Source: Verrucomicrobiia bacterium
GTDB taxonomy: Bacteria; Chloroflexota; Dormibacteria; Aeolococcales; Bog-877
Assembly: GCA_035532155.1 (NCBI GenBank)
Contig: DATKRN010000022.1
Span: 76,571 to 140,570 of the forward strand
Direction of reading: 5' to 3'
DNA length: 64,000 nucleotides
Position numbers and translations under genes: made by a program. Below, piece by piece: positions 47,243 through 57,030 of the stretch (its first letter is position 1; every line of letters begins with the position of its first letter). The notes beneath the pieces are model-generated. The model did not search any database. It saw nothing but the letters and a program-made list of their open reading frames with translations, and was not told where the DNA came from.

Positions 47243-47303
47243 GCCAGGCACCGAGCCCGCGGGACGGCCCCCGAGCTCGACAGCGCCCCGGGCACAGCCT
47301 AGG

Positions 47304-47618
47304 ATGGCAGTAGACCGTGAGCAGCACAGGCGGCAGCCCCGGGGCCCAGCTCGGGCCGCCATCACTCGCCAGGAGGTCATGTCCGTGGACCATCCGAGTG
47401 CGTCGCTCCAGGAGGTCGACAACCCGCGGGAGGTGGTGGCCAAGATCGAGCAGAAGGCGTTGCGACTGTCCGCTCTCCTGCGCGACCTCGACAATCACCC
47501 AATCCCGCTCGATTCGCGGCTGCGGGAAGAGCTGGAGGCGGTGCTCGACCAGCTCGGCTGTCGGATCGCCGCGACGCGGGCCCTGCAGCAGCAAGGGGCC
47601 GGGGCCGCGCTGGTCTGA
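47304..47618 (+). CDS. Hypothetical protein (helical); existence and start uncertain
   Basis: ORF only; SLQEVDNPREVVAKIEQKALRLSALLRDLDNHPIPLDSRLREELEAVLDQL has a non-junk composition. Confidence 0.3.
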   Translation: MAVDREQHRRQPRGPARAAITRQEVMSVDHPSASLQEVDNPREVVAKIEQKALRLSALLRDLDNHPIPLDSRLREELEAVLDQLGCRIAATRALQQQGAGAALV

Positions 47619-47681
47619 CCGGGGACGTCGCGCCGCGGCGGACCGTGGGCCCGACGCGTCCGGTAGACTCAGCTGAGCCGC

Positions 47682-47758
47682 GCGCCCATAGCTCAGCCCG
47701 GATAGAGCACCAGACTACGGATCTGGGTGCGGGGGTTCAAATCCCTCTGGGCGCGCCA
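47682..47758 (+). tRNA. tRNA-Arg (anticodon ACG), CCA encoded
   Basis: GCGCCCA/TA/GCTC-AGCCCGGATA-GAGC/A/CCAGA-CTACGGA-TCTGG/.../TTCAAAT/.../TGGGCGC/G/CCA. Confidence 0.92.
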
Positions 47759-47915
47759 TCGTTGTGATTGCCGCGGCGACACTGACTGGGCCGTCAGGCG
47801 GGTGGCGAGGGCTCAGCAGCGCGGCGCGCACCCCCCCTGCCCGGTCGGACCCTGGGGACCGGCGGCGGCGACGTGCCGACGCCGACGATCGGTCCGCTCG
47901 CGGGGGTGACCAGGG

Positions 47916-48614
47916 TCACCCCCGCCCCTCCACCGCCACCTCCAACGACAAGATGTCCGCCAGCCGCTCGCCGGCCGACAGGCGTCCGCGGACCAGGTCC
48001 TCGTGTCGGGCGAGCGTGGCGGCGTCGCGCGCCACCTCCGGCCATAGGGACGGGGGGATCACCACGGCACCACTGCGGTCGGCTACGATCTGGCTGCCGG
48101 GATCCACCCGCGCGCCCCCCACCGTGACCGGGTGGCTGACGGACCCCACGGCGCGCTTGGCGGCCTGAGCGGGGGCGGCCCCGCGGCAGAGCACGGGAAA
48201 CCCCAGCCGATCCAGATCGTCCAGGTCGCGGACTGTCCCGTCGACCACCAGTCCGGCGAGCCCGTGCCGGATCGCGTCAGTGGCCATGAGCTCGCCGAAC
48301 AGGCCGGTGTCCCAGGGGGCGTCCGCCTGACACACAAGGACGCTGCCGGGGGCCGCTCGATAGAGGGCGATGTGAAGCGCCCGGTTGTCGTTCGACGGGC
48401 AGGCGCAGGTGACCGCGGGGCCGCAGAGGAAGCCGCGGCCCAGGAAGAGGCCCAGCCCCCGGATCAGCTGGACGCGGGCGCCGCCGGCCTGGGCCACCAG
48501 CGGGGAGGAGAGCAGCGGCCTTTCCGGCTCGGAGTCAGGCGGGCTCGAGATCACGTGCTGGTCTCCCCGTGGCGCCCCGAGCGGGCCCGACTGGGACGAT
48601 GATGCCGGTCCCAC
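47916..48614 (-). CDS. RraA-family protein (RNase E regulator / 4-hydroxy-4-methyl-2-oxoglutarate aldolase family); start uncertain
   Basis: GPAVTCACPSNDNRALHIALYRAAPGSVLVCQ...GELMATDAIRHGLAGLVVDGTVRD...GFPVLCRG. Confidence 0.8.
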   Translation of the reverse strand: MGPASSSQSGPLGAPRGDQHVISSPPDSEPERPLLSSPLVAQAGGARVQLIRGLGLFLGRGFLCGPAVTCACPSNDNRALHIALYRAAPGSVLVCQADAPWDTGLFGELMATDAIRHGLAGLVVDGTVRDLDDLDRLGFPVLCRGAAPAQAAKRAVGSVSHPVTVGGARVDPGSQIVADRSGAVVIPPSLWPEVARDAATLARHEDLVRGRLSAGERLADILSLEVAVEGRG

Positions 48615-48701
48615 CCGGCCGCCGCAACCGGGCGCCGCTCCGCGGCCTCGGCCGGGCGCATCCCACGCCGCCCCCGCTGCGCGGCTCCCCGGGCCAGGCG
48701 A

Positions 48702-49142
48702 TCAGGCGGGCAGCCTCTCGTCGACTGGCTGATATCGGGCCACCGAGAAGGCGAACAGCACCGGGATGTCGACCGCGAAGACGACCAGCATCAGGGTCAG
48801 CAGCAGCAGCGCAAAGCCGCGCGTCTGGTCCAGGATGAAGACCAACTCCAGCATCCCCGCGATCAGAGCGTAGGCGAGCAAGGCCCAGCCAGCCACCCGT
48901 CGGAACAGGCGCCAGGCAAAGGGGCGGATCCGGGAGAGCATCACTAGATTGGCCAGCAGCAGCGCAACCGCACCCGCCAAGAGCCCCGCCGAGGGCGCCA
49001 CGGACGGCCGCGCGGGCAGGTGCGCTGCGAAGTAGATCCCGCCCACCACCACCAGGGCGATCGATGCCAGGGCGACATGGTCGACCGGAGGCAGCCGGCG
49101 AGCGCTCGGCGCCTCCACCAGCGACCGCGCCCCGTCGCTCAC
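48702..49142 (-). CDS. Membrane protein, unknown function
   Basis: GTG at 49142 overlaps the upstream stop (GTGA); four hydrophobic segments. Confidence 0.55.
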   Translation of the reverse strand: MSDGARSLVEAPSARRLPPVDHVALASIALVVVGGIYFAAHLPARPSVAPSAGLLAGAVALLLANLVMLSRIRPFAWRLFRRVAGWALLAYALIAGMLELVFILDQTRGFALLLLTLMLVVFAVDIPVLFAFSVARYQPVDERLPA

Positions 49143-49765
49143 AGCACCGCGATCCTGGTCATGATCACGAGCGTCGCCAGCTGCATCGCCCCGGTGATCC
49201 CGGCGGTGTACACGAACCGGTGCATCAGGCGGGCGATCAGTTCTCCATCCGGGCGCGGCTTGCGCATCTCGAACAGGACCGCGAGGTTGGCCGGCTCGAG
49301 GATCCCGATCGCCACCACCGCGAGCACCCCCACCACTATCAGGGACGCGACCACCCAGGGGTGGGCCGGCGACGCCGCCGCCAGCGTGCCGACATGTCGG
49401 GCCAGCTGCCACCCCGAGGCCAAGGTCATGATCACCAGGGTCGGCATCAGCAGGACCATCTTGGGCATGAATCGGGCGGAGAACTCAGCCCGGGCCGCGG
49501 TCGGCAGCCGGCCCAGGATCGGCCCAATTACGAATCCGACGAACAGGTCGACGCCGGTCCACAACCCTCCCCCCACCACGTGGAAGAAATCCAGTGCCCA
49601 CAGCCAGTTGCCCACCAGGGTGACGACCAGCAGGACCAGGACGACCGCCACCACCGGTAGCCCCCGCAGTGGGACGACCTGGATCGAGGACGCACCCGTG
49701 CGGGTAGCGGGGGGAAGCCGGGCGGTGAGCCCCGGACCGAGTTCCGCGCTCACGGGCCTCTCCAT
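49139..49765 (-). CDS. Membrane protein, unknown function
   Basis: 208 aa from MERPVSAELG; LWALDFFHVVGGGLWTGVDLFVGFVIGPIL; coupled to 48702-49142. Confidence 0.6.
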   Translation of the reverse strand: MERPVSAELGPGLTARLPPATRTGASSIQVVPLRGLPVVAVVLVLLVVTLVGNWLWALDFFHVVGGGLWTGVDLFVGFVIGPILGRLPTAARAEFSARFMPKMVLLMPTLVIMTLASGWQLARHVGTLAAASPAHPWVVASLIVVGVLAVVAIGILEPANLAVLFEMRKPRPDGELIARLMHRFVYTAGITGAMQLATLVIMTRIAVL

Positions 49766-49847
49766 GTCGCCACGCAGTCTACCCGGCTGGGATCGGATGG
49801 GGCGGTCCTCCGTAACCGCCCGCCCGGCCGAGGCGTTCAGGGAGCCG

Positions 49848-50996
49848 ATGCTGACCGCCCGTCGCCCCGGTCTCGCCCCTCTGGTCCTGCTGCTGGTCGC
49901 GAGCCTCTCCGCCGCCCTGCTGGGCGTCCCCGCGTCGGCCGGAACCCGCCCGCCGGGGCGGGTGCTGGTCCAGTCGGTGAGCTTCACCTCCAGCTCCGAC
50001 GGCTGGCTGCTGGGAGTGCGCCGCTGCGGGCCGGGCTGGTGCACCGTGGTGCGCCGGACCCGCGACCGCGGTCACCGCTGGACCGGGGTCGCCGCCCCCC
50101 CAGTCTCGGTCGGCGGCGACGGCCCCAGCCGGCGACCGGTGACCCAGCTGGATGCCTGGGGATCGGCCGATCTCTTCGCCTACGCGCCGGGCCTGGTCGT
50201 CAGCCACGACGGGGGCGCTCACTGGCACACGATCCACCTCCCCGGAGCGGTGGTCGCGCTGGCGAGCGGCGGCGGCTGGGCGTACGCCGCGGTGGGGCCC
50301 TGCTTTCAGGCGACCCGCCGCTGCACCGCCCCCGGCCACCTGTATCGCACCCCCGTGGGGCGGGATGCCTGGCGGCGTCTGCCCGGCATCGGTTTCCCGG
50401 CCGGGCAGAGCCCGCAGATCTCGATGCACGGGTCGACGATCGCCCTGCTGGCGGGAGGACCGGCCGCGCCCCAGCTGCTCGCCTCCTCCGGCGGCGCGGG
50501 ATTCGTCCCTGTGCGTGACCCCTGCCCGGGCTCACTCGCCGCGGGCGGCTTGGCGGCGAGCGGGGTGGCCGTGGCCAGCGCCAGCTCGCTCGCGGTCCTG
50601 TGCGTGGGGGGCGCCGGAGCCGGCAGCACCGACAAGGCGGTGTTCGTCTCCACGACCTTCGGGCGCACCTTTCACCGCATCGCCGACCCCCCGCGAGGCG
50701 GCGACCCCGGACAGCTGGTGCTCGCCTCCCCCAGCACGTTGGTCCTCGCCGCGGCCTCGGGCGCCAGCTGGCTCTACCGCGCCACCGGCCGCGACGCCCG
50801 CTGGTCCGCGGCGGTCGAGCTCGGAGATGGAGGGGTGGGCTTCACCGACCTCAGCTTCTCCGACCCACTCCACGGCTCAGTCGTCTACGGTCAGGCGACC
50901 CTGGCGGAGATCATCGCCGCCCCCGTCCCGGTCCGCCTGGCCCAGCTCTGGCTCACCAACGACGGGGGACGCAGCTGGTTCGCCGTCGCGGCGTAG
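49848..50996 (+). CDS. Secreted BNR/Asp-box beta-propeller-like protein (Ycf48/sialidase-fold-like)
   Basis: Signal peptide MLTARRPGLAPLVLLLVASLSAALLGVPASA; Asp-box SxDxGxxW twice (SHDGGAHW, TNDGGRSW). Confidence 0.7.
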   Translation: MLTARRPGLAPLVLLLVASLSAALLGVPASAGTRPPGRVLVQSVSFTSSSDGWLLGVRRCGPGWCTVVRRTRDRGHRWTGVAAPPVSVGGDGPSRRPVTQLDAWGSADLFAYAPGLVVSHDGGAHWHTIHLPGAVVALASGGGWAYAAVGPCFQATRRCTAPGHLYRTPVGRDAWRRLPGIGFPAGQSPQISMHGSTIALLAGGPAAPQLLASSGGAGFVPVRDPCPGSLAAGGLAASGVAVASASSLAVLCVGGAGAGSTDKAVFVSTTFGRTFHRIADPPRGGDPGQLVLASPSTLVLAAASGASWLYRATGRDARWSAAVELGDGGVGFTDLSFSDPLHGSVVYGQATLAEIIAAPVPVRLAQLWLTNDGGRSWFAVAA

Positions 50997-51074
50997 GCTG
51001 GGGACGCCCATCACCCCTGGAGGAGAGCTCATGGCCCCGGCGCCCCCCTCGCCCACCTCCACACAGGCTCCCCT

Positions 51075-52226
51075 GTGACCCTCACGCCGGCGACCTGTCC
51101 ACCGGGGTTCCCCGAACTTCGGGCCGCTCCCCCCTGGGTCACCGAGGAGATGGTGGCCGCCGAGCCCGGGCTGGCGGAGCCGATCTGGGCGCAGAGCGAG
51201 GCCGCGACCCGGGTGGCCGACGCCGTGAGCGCGGCGCTGGCGGCCGGGGAGCCGGTCGCGGTGGTCGGGTGCGGCACCAGTGAGCACGCCGCCATGGCGG
51301 TGGCGGCGCTGATCCGAGAGGCGCTGGTGGATCGCCGCCGCGCGGGCTGGCCGGTGGCGGCGCGACAGGCGGCGGAGGCGGCCCTGGATCCCTGGCCGGG
51401 GCTCTGCCTAGCCGTCTCCCATGAGGGCGGGACGCGCGCCACCCTGGCCGCGCTCGAGGCCGCCCGCGCGACCGGCGCCGCCACCGCTTTGATCACGGCC
51501 GACCCCGCCAGCCCGTGCGCGCGGGCGGCGGCGCTGAGCCTGGTCACCCCCTTGGTGGACCGGGCATGGTGCCACACGGTCGGCTACCTGTCGCCGATCC
51601 TCGCGGGCGCGTGCATCGCCGCCGCCCTGAGCGGCTCCGGGCTGGGATGGGAGCCGCTGCGGCGGCACCTGGAGGAGTCGGCAGCGGCGGCGGCGGCGCA
51701 GGCCGCACCGCTCGCCCTCGCGCTCGGCGGGGGCGGCCTGCTGGAATGCGCCGGCGGTGGCGCCGACGCCATCTCCGCGCGCGAGCTCGCGCTCAAGATC
51801 GAGGAGGCGGTCCACCGCCCCGCGGTGGGACGCGACCTGGAGACCGTCCTCCACGGTCACCTGGTGGCGCGGGACCCGGGAACCCGACTGGTGGTCTTCG
51901 CCACCGACGGCGCGCTCGAGCGCCGGCTCGAGCGCGCCGCTCAGCTGCTCGCGGCCGCCACCCGAATCGGGCAGCCCAGCGTCGCGATCGTGCGGGAGGA
52001 CGCCCCCTTCGACTTCGCGGGAGGCCGCCCGGCTGGACAGATGCGCCTGCCCCGCGGCGCGCACCTCCCCGCCGTCCTCGCCTCGCTGACCGGCTCCGCG
52101 CTCGCGCTGCAGCACCTGACGCTGGCCTTGGCCGCGGCCGCCGGGACCAACCCCGACCTCATCCGCCGGGAGCAGGCGCCGTACCGAGAGGCGGCTGAGC
52201 TGGCGGAGGCGTCGCCGGCCATCTAG
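51075..52226 (+). CDS. SIS-domain sugar-phosphate isomerase/aminotransferase-like protein
   Basis: VAVVGCGTSEHAAMAVAALI (SIS motif), second SIS-like half; GTG start. Confidence 0.75.
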   Translation: MTLTPATCPPGFPELRAAPPWVTEEMVAAEPGLAEPIWAQSEAATRVADAVSAALAAGEPVAVVGCGTSEHAAMAVAALIREALVDRRRAGWPVAARQAAEAALDPWPGLCLAVSHEGGTRATLAALEAARATGAATALITADPASPCARAAALSLVTPLVDRAWCHTVGYLSPILAGACIAAALSGSGLGWEPLRRHLEESAAAAAAQAAPLALALGGGGLLECAGGGADAISARELALKIEEAVHRPAVGRDLETVLHGHLVARDPGTRLVVFATDGALERRLERAAQLLAAATRIGQPSVAIVREDAPFDFAGGRPAGQMRLPRGAHLPAVLASLTGSALALQHLTLALAAAAGTNPDLIRREQAPYREAAELAEASPAI

Positions 52227-52588
52227 CCAGGCGGGGCGGGGCCGGCTCGGTGGCCTCGCCGGCGTCGGGCGCGGACGCCATCGGCGGCACTCGGGGAGGG
52301 CGCACTCCAACCGCGGTGAGCGGTTGGCGCGCCCCGAGAACTCGCCCGACCCGCGTTGGACGACCGGATGGCGAGCGGGATCCGGCGACCGGCCGGCGAG
52401 GGGGGCCACCCCAGCGCCCCGACGACCCCGACCCCAATGGTCGCGGTCCCCGTCGGCGCGGGGGCGGGCGGAGGCCCAGGGACGGGCCGCCCCGCGCCAG
52501 CCTCCGACCGCAGGGCGGCCCTCCACGGATCGGGGTGAGTCGTCGCCGTTGCCTGCAGGCGCCCCTCGTGCCCGGCGGGGCGTTCAGC

Positions 52589-53224
52589 TCACCGGTCGGG
52601 GGCCGGGGTCACCCGCAGGTAGGGCTTGAGGGTGCGGAAGCCCTTGGGAAGCCGGGCCCGGGCATCCTCGTCCGAGAGCGCCAGAGCCACGATCACGTCA
52701 TCGCCGTCGCGCCAGTCCGCCGGGGTGGCAACCGGGTAGCGGTCGGTCAGCTGCAGCGCGTCAAGAACCCGCAGGATCTCGGCGAAGTTGCGACCCACCG
52801 CGGCCGGGTAGGTCAGGGTCAGGCGGATCTTCTTGTCGGGGCTGATGATGAAGACGGAGCGCACCGTACTGGTGTTACTGGCGTTGGGGTGGATCATCCC
52901 GTAGAGGTTCGCGACCGCCCGGTCAGAATCGGCGATGATGGGAAACGTCACCGCGTGGCCCTGGGTCTCGGCGATGTCGCCCACCCAGCTGCGGTGCGAC
53001 CCGAGCGGGTCGACCGAGAGCGCCATCACCTTGGTGTTGCGGGACGCGAACTCCTGGTCGAGCGCGCCGACGCGACCCAGCTCGGTGGTGCAGACGGGGG
53101 TGAAGTCGGCGGGGTGGGAGAAGAGCACTCCCCAGTGGGAGCCCAGCCACTCATGGAAGTGGATGGGTCCCTGGGTGGTCTCGGCGGTGAAGTCGGGGGC
53201 CTCGTCGCCCAGCTGCAGTGCCAT
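52589..53224 (-). CDS. 1-Cys/Prx6-type peroxiredoxin
   Basis: MALQLGDEAPDFTAETTQGPIHFHEWLG..WGVLFSHPADFTPVCTTEL. Confidence 0.92.
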   Translation of the reverse strand: MALQLGDEAPDFTAETTQGPIHFHEWLGSHWGVLFSHPADFTPVCTTELGRVGALDQEFASRNTKVMALSVDPLGSHRSWVGDIAETQGHAVTFPIIADSDRAVANLYGMIHPNASNTSTVRSVFIISPDKKIRLTLTYPAAVGRNFAEILRVLDALQLTDRYPVATPADWRDGDDVIVALALSDEDARARLPKGFRTLKPYLRVTPAPDR

Positions 53225-53351
53225 CGTCAGTTCCTCGTGATCGGCCCCGGTTCCGCGCCAAACCCTGTGGCGGGCAACCCGCGCGCTCCGACTGCTGCGG
53301 CGAGACGCCCGCCCGACCAGCATAGCGAAGGGCGGGGGGCTCGGGAGCCGG

Positions 53352-54713
53352 TCAGGCGCCACTCTCGATGCTGAGGCCGGCGGAGGCCGCGTTCTCCCAG
53401 TCGTCGTCCACCAGCACCACCTCGCGCCCGGACCGGTCGAGCAGGCTGGCCGCCAGGCTGGCGCGGTAGCCCTGGCCGCAGTGAACCCACAGGGTCCCGG
53501 CCGGGAGCCGATCGAGCCTGCGATCGAGGTCGGGGAGCGGCAGATGCCAGGCCCCGACCACATGGCCCCGGGCCCACTCGTCGTCGCGACGGACGTCCAG
53601 CAGCGTCAGCGCCAGCCCCTCCCCCAGCCTCCGGGCCACCCGCTTGAAGTCGGTGACCGGGTAGGAGCGGACCACACCACCCAGATCCTGCGGGGCTGCG
53701 ACCGCCAGGCCGGCGGGCCGGTCGATCCCGATCCGCGCCAGGCTCCTCTGCGCCTCTCGTCCCTCCCCCTCGGTCTCCGCCAGCAGCGTCACCGGCATCC
53801 CCCAGGGCAGGACCCACCCGAGGTAGGTGGTGAAGAGGGTGGAGAGCTCAGCCCCGATGGTCCCCGCGAGGTGGGCGCGGGCGAAAGCGCGGCGCGGCCG
53901 CAGGTCGACGACCCACTGGCCCGACTCGATTCGCCCCCGGAGCTCGGGCGGCGACACCGGCGCCGGCGGGCTGAGGTCCAGCGGCGCCGGTCCGGCGCGG
54001 TTGAGCAGGCCCATGTGACGGTAGTACGCGGGATAGTCGGCGAGCCCGGCGAGGATCTCGGCCGCGAAGACCTGGGGGTCGTCGACGCGCAGCGCCAGAT
54101 TGCCGCGCCGCTCAGCGCCGATGGTGCTCGCCCCGACCCCGGAGGGGGCGGAGGACGAGCAGAAGCTGCCGAACCCATGGGTGGGATGGACCGTCACCTC
54201 CTCCCCCAAGGTGGCCGCCAGCCGACGCACCGAGGCGTGCTGGCTGCGCGTCAGGGTCGGTGTGAGCTCCGCGGAGACGAGATCGGTACGCCCCACGGTT
54301 CCGAAGAGCATCGAGCCGCCGGTGCAGACCGCGACCGGGCGACCGTCCTGCTCGACGACATAGGCGACGTGACCCTCGGTGTGACCGGGGGTCGCCACCA
54401 CCAGCAGGCGAAGACTGCCGGCGTCGAGGCGCTCACCGTCGGTGGCCGGACGACAGTCGAAGCTCGCCTCCCGGCCGCCCCCGATGACGTACCGGGCCCG
54501 GCTGCGCCGAGCCAGCTCCAGGCCCCCGGTGACGTAGTCGTTGTGGAGATGCGTCTCCGCCACCAGCACGATCTGCACCGCGGCGGCGGTGGCGGCCGCC
54601 AGGATCCGGTCGAGGTCGCGCTGCGGGTCGATCACGACCGCGACGGTGCCGTCGTGGATCAGATAGCTGCGATCGCCGAGCTCGGGCGTCTCCAGCGTCA
54701 GGACCGTCGCCAC
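53352..54713 (-). CDS. MBL-fold hydrolase fused to two rhodanese domains (persulfide dioxygenase-sulfurtransferase-like)
   Basis: ETHLHNDYVTGG metal motif, TPGHTEGHV; C-terminal rhodanese active-site loop VHCGQGYRAS (CX4R). Confidence 0.85.
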   Translation of the reverse strand: MATVLTLETPELGDRSYLIHDGTVAVVIDPQRDLDRILAAATAAAVQIVLVAETHLHNDYVTGGLELARRSRARYVIGGGREASFDCRPATDGERLDAGSLRLLVVATPGHTEGHVAYVVEQDGRPVAVCTGGSMLFGTVGRTDLVSAELTPTLTRSQHASVRRLAATLGEEVTVHPTHGFGSFCSSSAPSGVGASTIGAERRGNLALRVDDPQVFAAEILAGLADYPAYYRHMGLLNRAGPAPLDLSPPAPVSPPELRGRIESGQWVVDLRPRRAFARAHLAGTIGAELSTLFTTYLGWVLPWGMPVTLLAETEGEGREAQRSLARIGIDRPAGLAVAAPQDLGGVVRSYPVTDFKRVARRLGEGLALTLLDVRRDDEWARGHVVGAWHLPLPDLDRRLDRLPAGTLWVHCGQGYRASLAASLLDRSGREVVLVDDDWENAASAGLSIESGA

Positions 54714-54806
54714 ATCACCCCCCTGGCCGGCCCGGCACCGACCGGGCCCGGTCCATCCGGAGGGGGCCCCCGTCGCCCGGGACGCCCGGCCGCCACCGAG
54801 ATTCGC

Positions 54807-55232
54807 TCATCGGTCGTCGGGGACCGGCCGAACGGCGACCTCGACGGGGATCGCGCCGCTCAGGCTGGCGGTCACCACGCAGTACTCCTGGAAGATGTCG
54901 AGGCAGCGCGCCATCCGGGCCCGGTCGGCCGGGGCCACCTCGGGGCGCAGCACCACCGCCAGGCCGGTGACACGCAGCCGCCCGTTCGGGTTGCGGCCGA
55001 GCTGGGTGCGGACCGAGGTGTGCAGCCCCCCCACCGTGACCCGGGCCTTCTCCAGGCAGAAGAGCAGGCTGCTGCTGAGGCACTGCCCCACTGCCGCGGC
55101 CAGGAGTCGCGAGGCCTCGGGTCCGGTGCCCGCGCCGATCGGCGCGGGCTCGTCCACGTAGATGGCGGAGCCGGCGGGCTGGTGCGCCTCCACCCGGAAG
55201 CGGTACCCCACCTCCCGGTGCAGGTCCACCAC
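54807..55232 (-). CDS. OsmC/Ohr-family peroxiredoxin-like protein; start uncertain
   Basis: DEPAPIGAGTGPEASRLLAAAVGQCLSSSLLFCL...EYCVVTASL (two conserved Cys regions). Confidence 0.7.
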   Translation of the reverse strand: MVDLHREVGYRFRVEAHQPAGSAIYVDEPAPIGAGTGPEASRLLAAAVGQCLSSSLLFCLEKARVTVGGLHTSVRTQLGRNPNGRLRVTGLAVVLRPEVAPADRARMARCLDIFQEYCVVTASLSGAIPVEVAVRPVPDDR

Positions 55233-55504
55233 CGCGTCGTGGCTGGCCAGGGGCGTCGCGGTCGACCCCGCCTCAGCCGGGAGCGCCGTTCCGGACCTCG
55301 CCCCCGATTCCCCCAACCCGGGTCCGGGTGATCCCACCCGCGCGCTCGACCCGGTCACAGCCCGGGCCGGCGGCGAGCTGCGGGAATCGCGCCGTCGATC
55401 ACGCAGGGGCGTCGGGGCGCTCTTAGGCCACGTCCTCCGGGGCCGGGGAGACCCCACGACCTGGCGGGCGAGGCGGTCCGGGGGACAGGGCACAGCGCCA
55501 CCTC

Positions 55505-55882
55505 CTAGGGTCGCGGGGAGGATCCAGCCCAGCGCCCCGGGGGGCGCCGACGCTCGCCCGGGGGCAGGGGGGAGCCGAGGCGGTCCCGCACGATGGCATG
55601 GACGATGTCGCAGGCGAGCGCGATCCGGGGCTCGCTGAGCCGGTAGTTCACCGTCGTCCCCACACGGTGGGCTGAGACCAGCCCGGCGTGCCGGAGCACC
55701 CCGAGGTGCTGGCTGACGTTGGGCAGGCTGCAGCCGAGCGCGGCGGCTAGCTCGCCCACGGACGACTCCCCGCGTCGGAGCGCCTCCAGGATCACCAGCC
55801 GCTTGGGCTCGGTGAGGACCTTGCACAGATCGGCATGGAGCTGGTAGGCGCGTCCCCGCTCGGGATCGTCGGGGGCGACCAT
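55505..55882 (-). CDS. ArsR/SmtB-family transcriptional regulator
   Basis: LHADLCKVLTEPKRLVILEALRRGESSVGELAAALGCSLPNVSQHLGVLRHAGLVSAHRVGTTVNYRL. Confidence 0.88.
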   Translation of the reverse strand: MVAPDDPERGRAYQLHADLCKVLTEPKRLVILEALRRGESSVGELAAALGCSLPNVSQHLGVLRHAGLVSAHRVGTTVNYRLSEPRIALACDIVHAIVRDRLGSPLPPGERRRPPGRWAGSSPRP

Positions 55883-55986
55883 TAGGAGGGCTGGCGGGGA
55901 CTCGATCACCCGGCAATCATATCGGTACCTGCGCAAGCATGCAACAAACCGAGGGGGCGCGGCGGGCCCGGCTCGGACGCGTGCCG

Positions 55987-56958
55987 TCACGGCCGGAGCG
56001 GGGGCTCCTCCCCCGGGGTGGCGCGGGGGGCGACGAAGTCGAGCCACCCCACCGGGTCGAATCCGAAGGCGCGGGCGAGCGCGCCCGACCCGGCGACGTT
56101 GTCGACGGTGAACAGCTCCAGCGCGGCCGGGGTGAGTGGCGGATGAGCGAGGATCAGGGCCAGCAGCCGCGCCTGGAGCCGCGCTAGCGGCAGCGGGACA
56201 GATGCCAGCCGGGCGGGGCGACCGGCCGCCCGTGCGAGCGCGATCAGGATCTCGCGCATCGTGACGATGTCGGCGCCACCCAGGGCAACCGTCGGGCCCC
56301 CCACGGGATCGGCCCCGGCCGCCAGGGCAACGCAGCGGGCCAGGTCCTCCACCCACAGGGGCTGGAAGCGCAGGCGTCCGTTGCCGATCATGGGGACGAC
56401 CGGCAGCCGCCGAACCAGGGCGTCGAGGGCTGCGAAGAAGGGCGCACCCACGCCGAAGAGCACCGACGGCTGCAGGATCACGTGGGCGAGGCCGGCGTGA
56501 CGGACCGCCTCCTCCATCGCCCACCGCGTCGCCATGTACGTCGGCGGAGGCGCCGGCCGGGTGCCGAGCCCGGAGACCAGCACCACGCGGCTCACGCCCG
56601 CGCGGCAACATGCTGCCAGCAGCCGATCCGTGCCCCCGGCGTTCACTCGAGCGTAGCCGTCGCGGCCGGGTGGGCTCCGGTCGGCGGTGACCGCGGCACA
56701 GTGGACCACGGTGGCGACCCCGGCCACGGCGGTCGCCAGCGAGGCCTCGTCGTCGAGATCGAGCCGGACCACCACGACCCCGGCCGGGTGACTGAACCCG
56801 CCGGGAGTGCGCACCCCGGCTCGAAGCGGGCCACGGCCCTCGGCATGGAGCCGCTGAAGGACGTGCCGGCCCACGAATCCCGCGGCTCCGGCGACCAGGG
56901 TCAAGGGAGCCTCCGATCCGGCCGGGGCGAAGGGGACGGGCCTGCCGGCTGCCATCAT
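55987..56958 (-). CDS. NAD(P)-binding SDR/NmrA-like (NDUFA9-like) oxidoreductase
   Basis: Rossmann motif LVAGAAGFVGRHV; ~320 aa atypical SDR layout. Confidence 0.75.
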   Translation of the reverse strand: MMAAGRPVPFAPAGSEAPLTLVAGAAGFVGRHVLQRLHAEGRGPLRAGVRTPGGFSHPAGVVVVRLDLDDEASLATAVAGVATVVHCAAVTADRSPPGRDGYARVNAGGTDRLLAACCRAGVSRVVLVSGLGTRPAPPPTYMATRWAMEEAVRHAGLAHVILQPSVLFGVGAPFFAALDALVRRLPVVPMIGNGRLRFQPLWVEDLARCVALAAGADPVGGPTVALGGADIVTMREILIALARAAGRPARLASVPLPLARLQARLLALILAHPPLTPAALELFTVDNVAGSGALARAFGFDPVGWLDFVAPRATPGEEPPLRP

Positions 56959-57030
56959 CGCGGCGCCTCGGTGAGCCGCCCGGCGGGGGCCGGATGACGA
57001 TCGCTCACCGGGTCGCGTGGCGGCAGGGGA

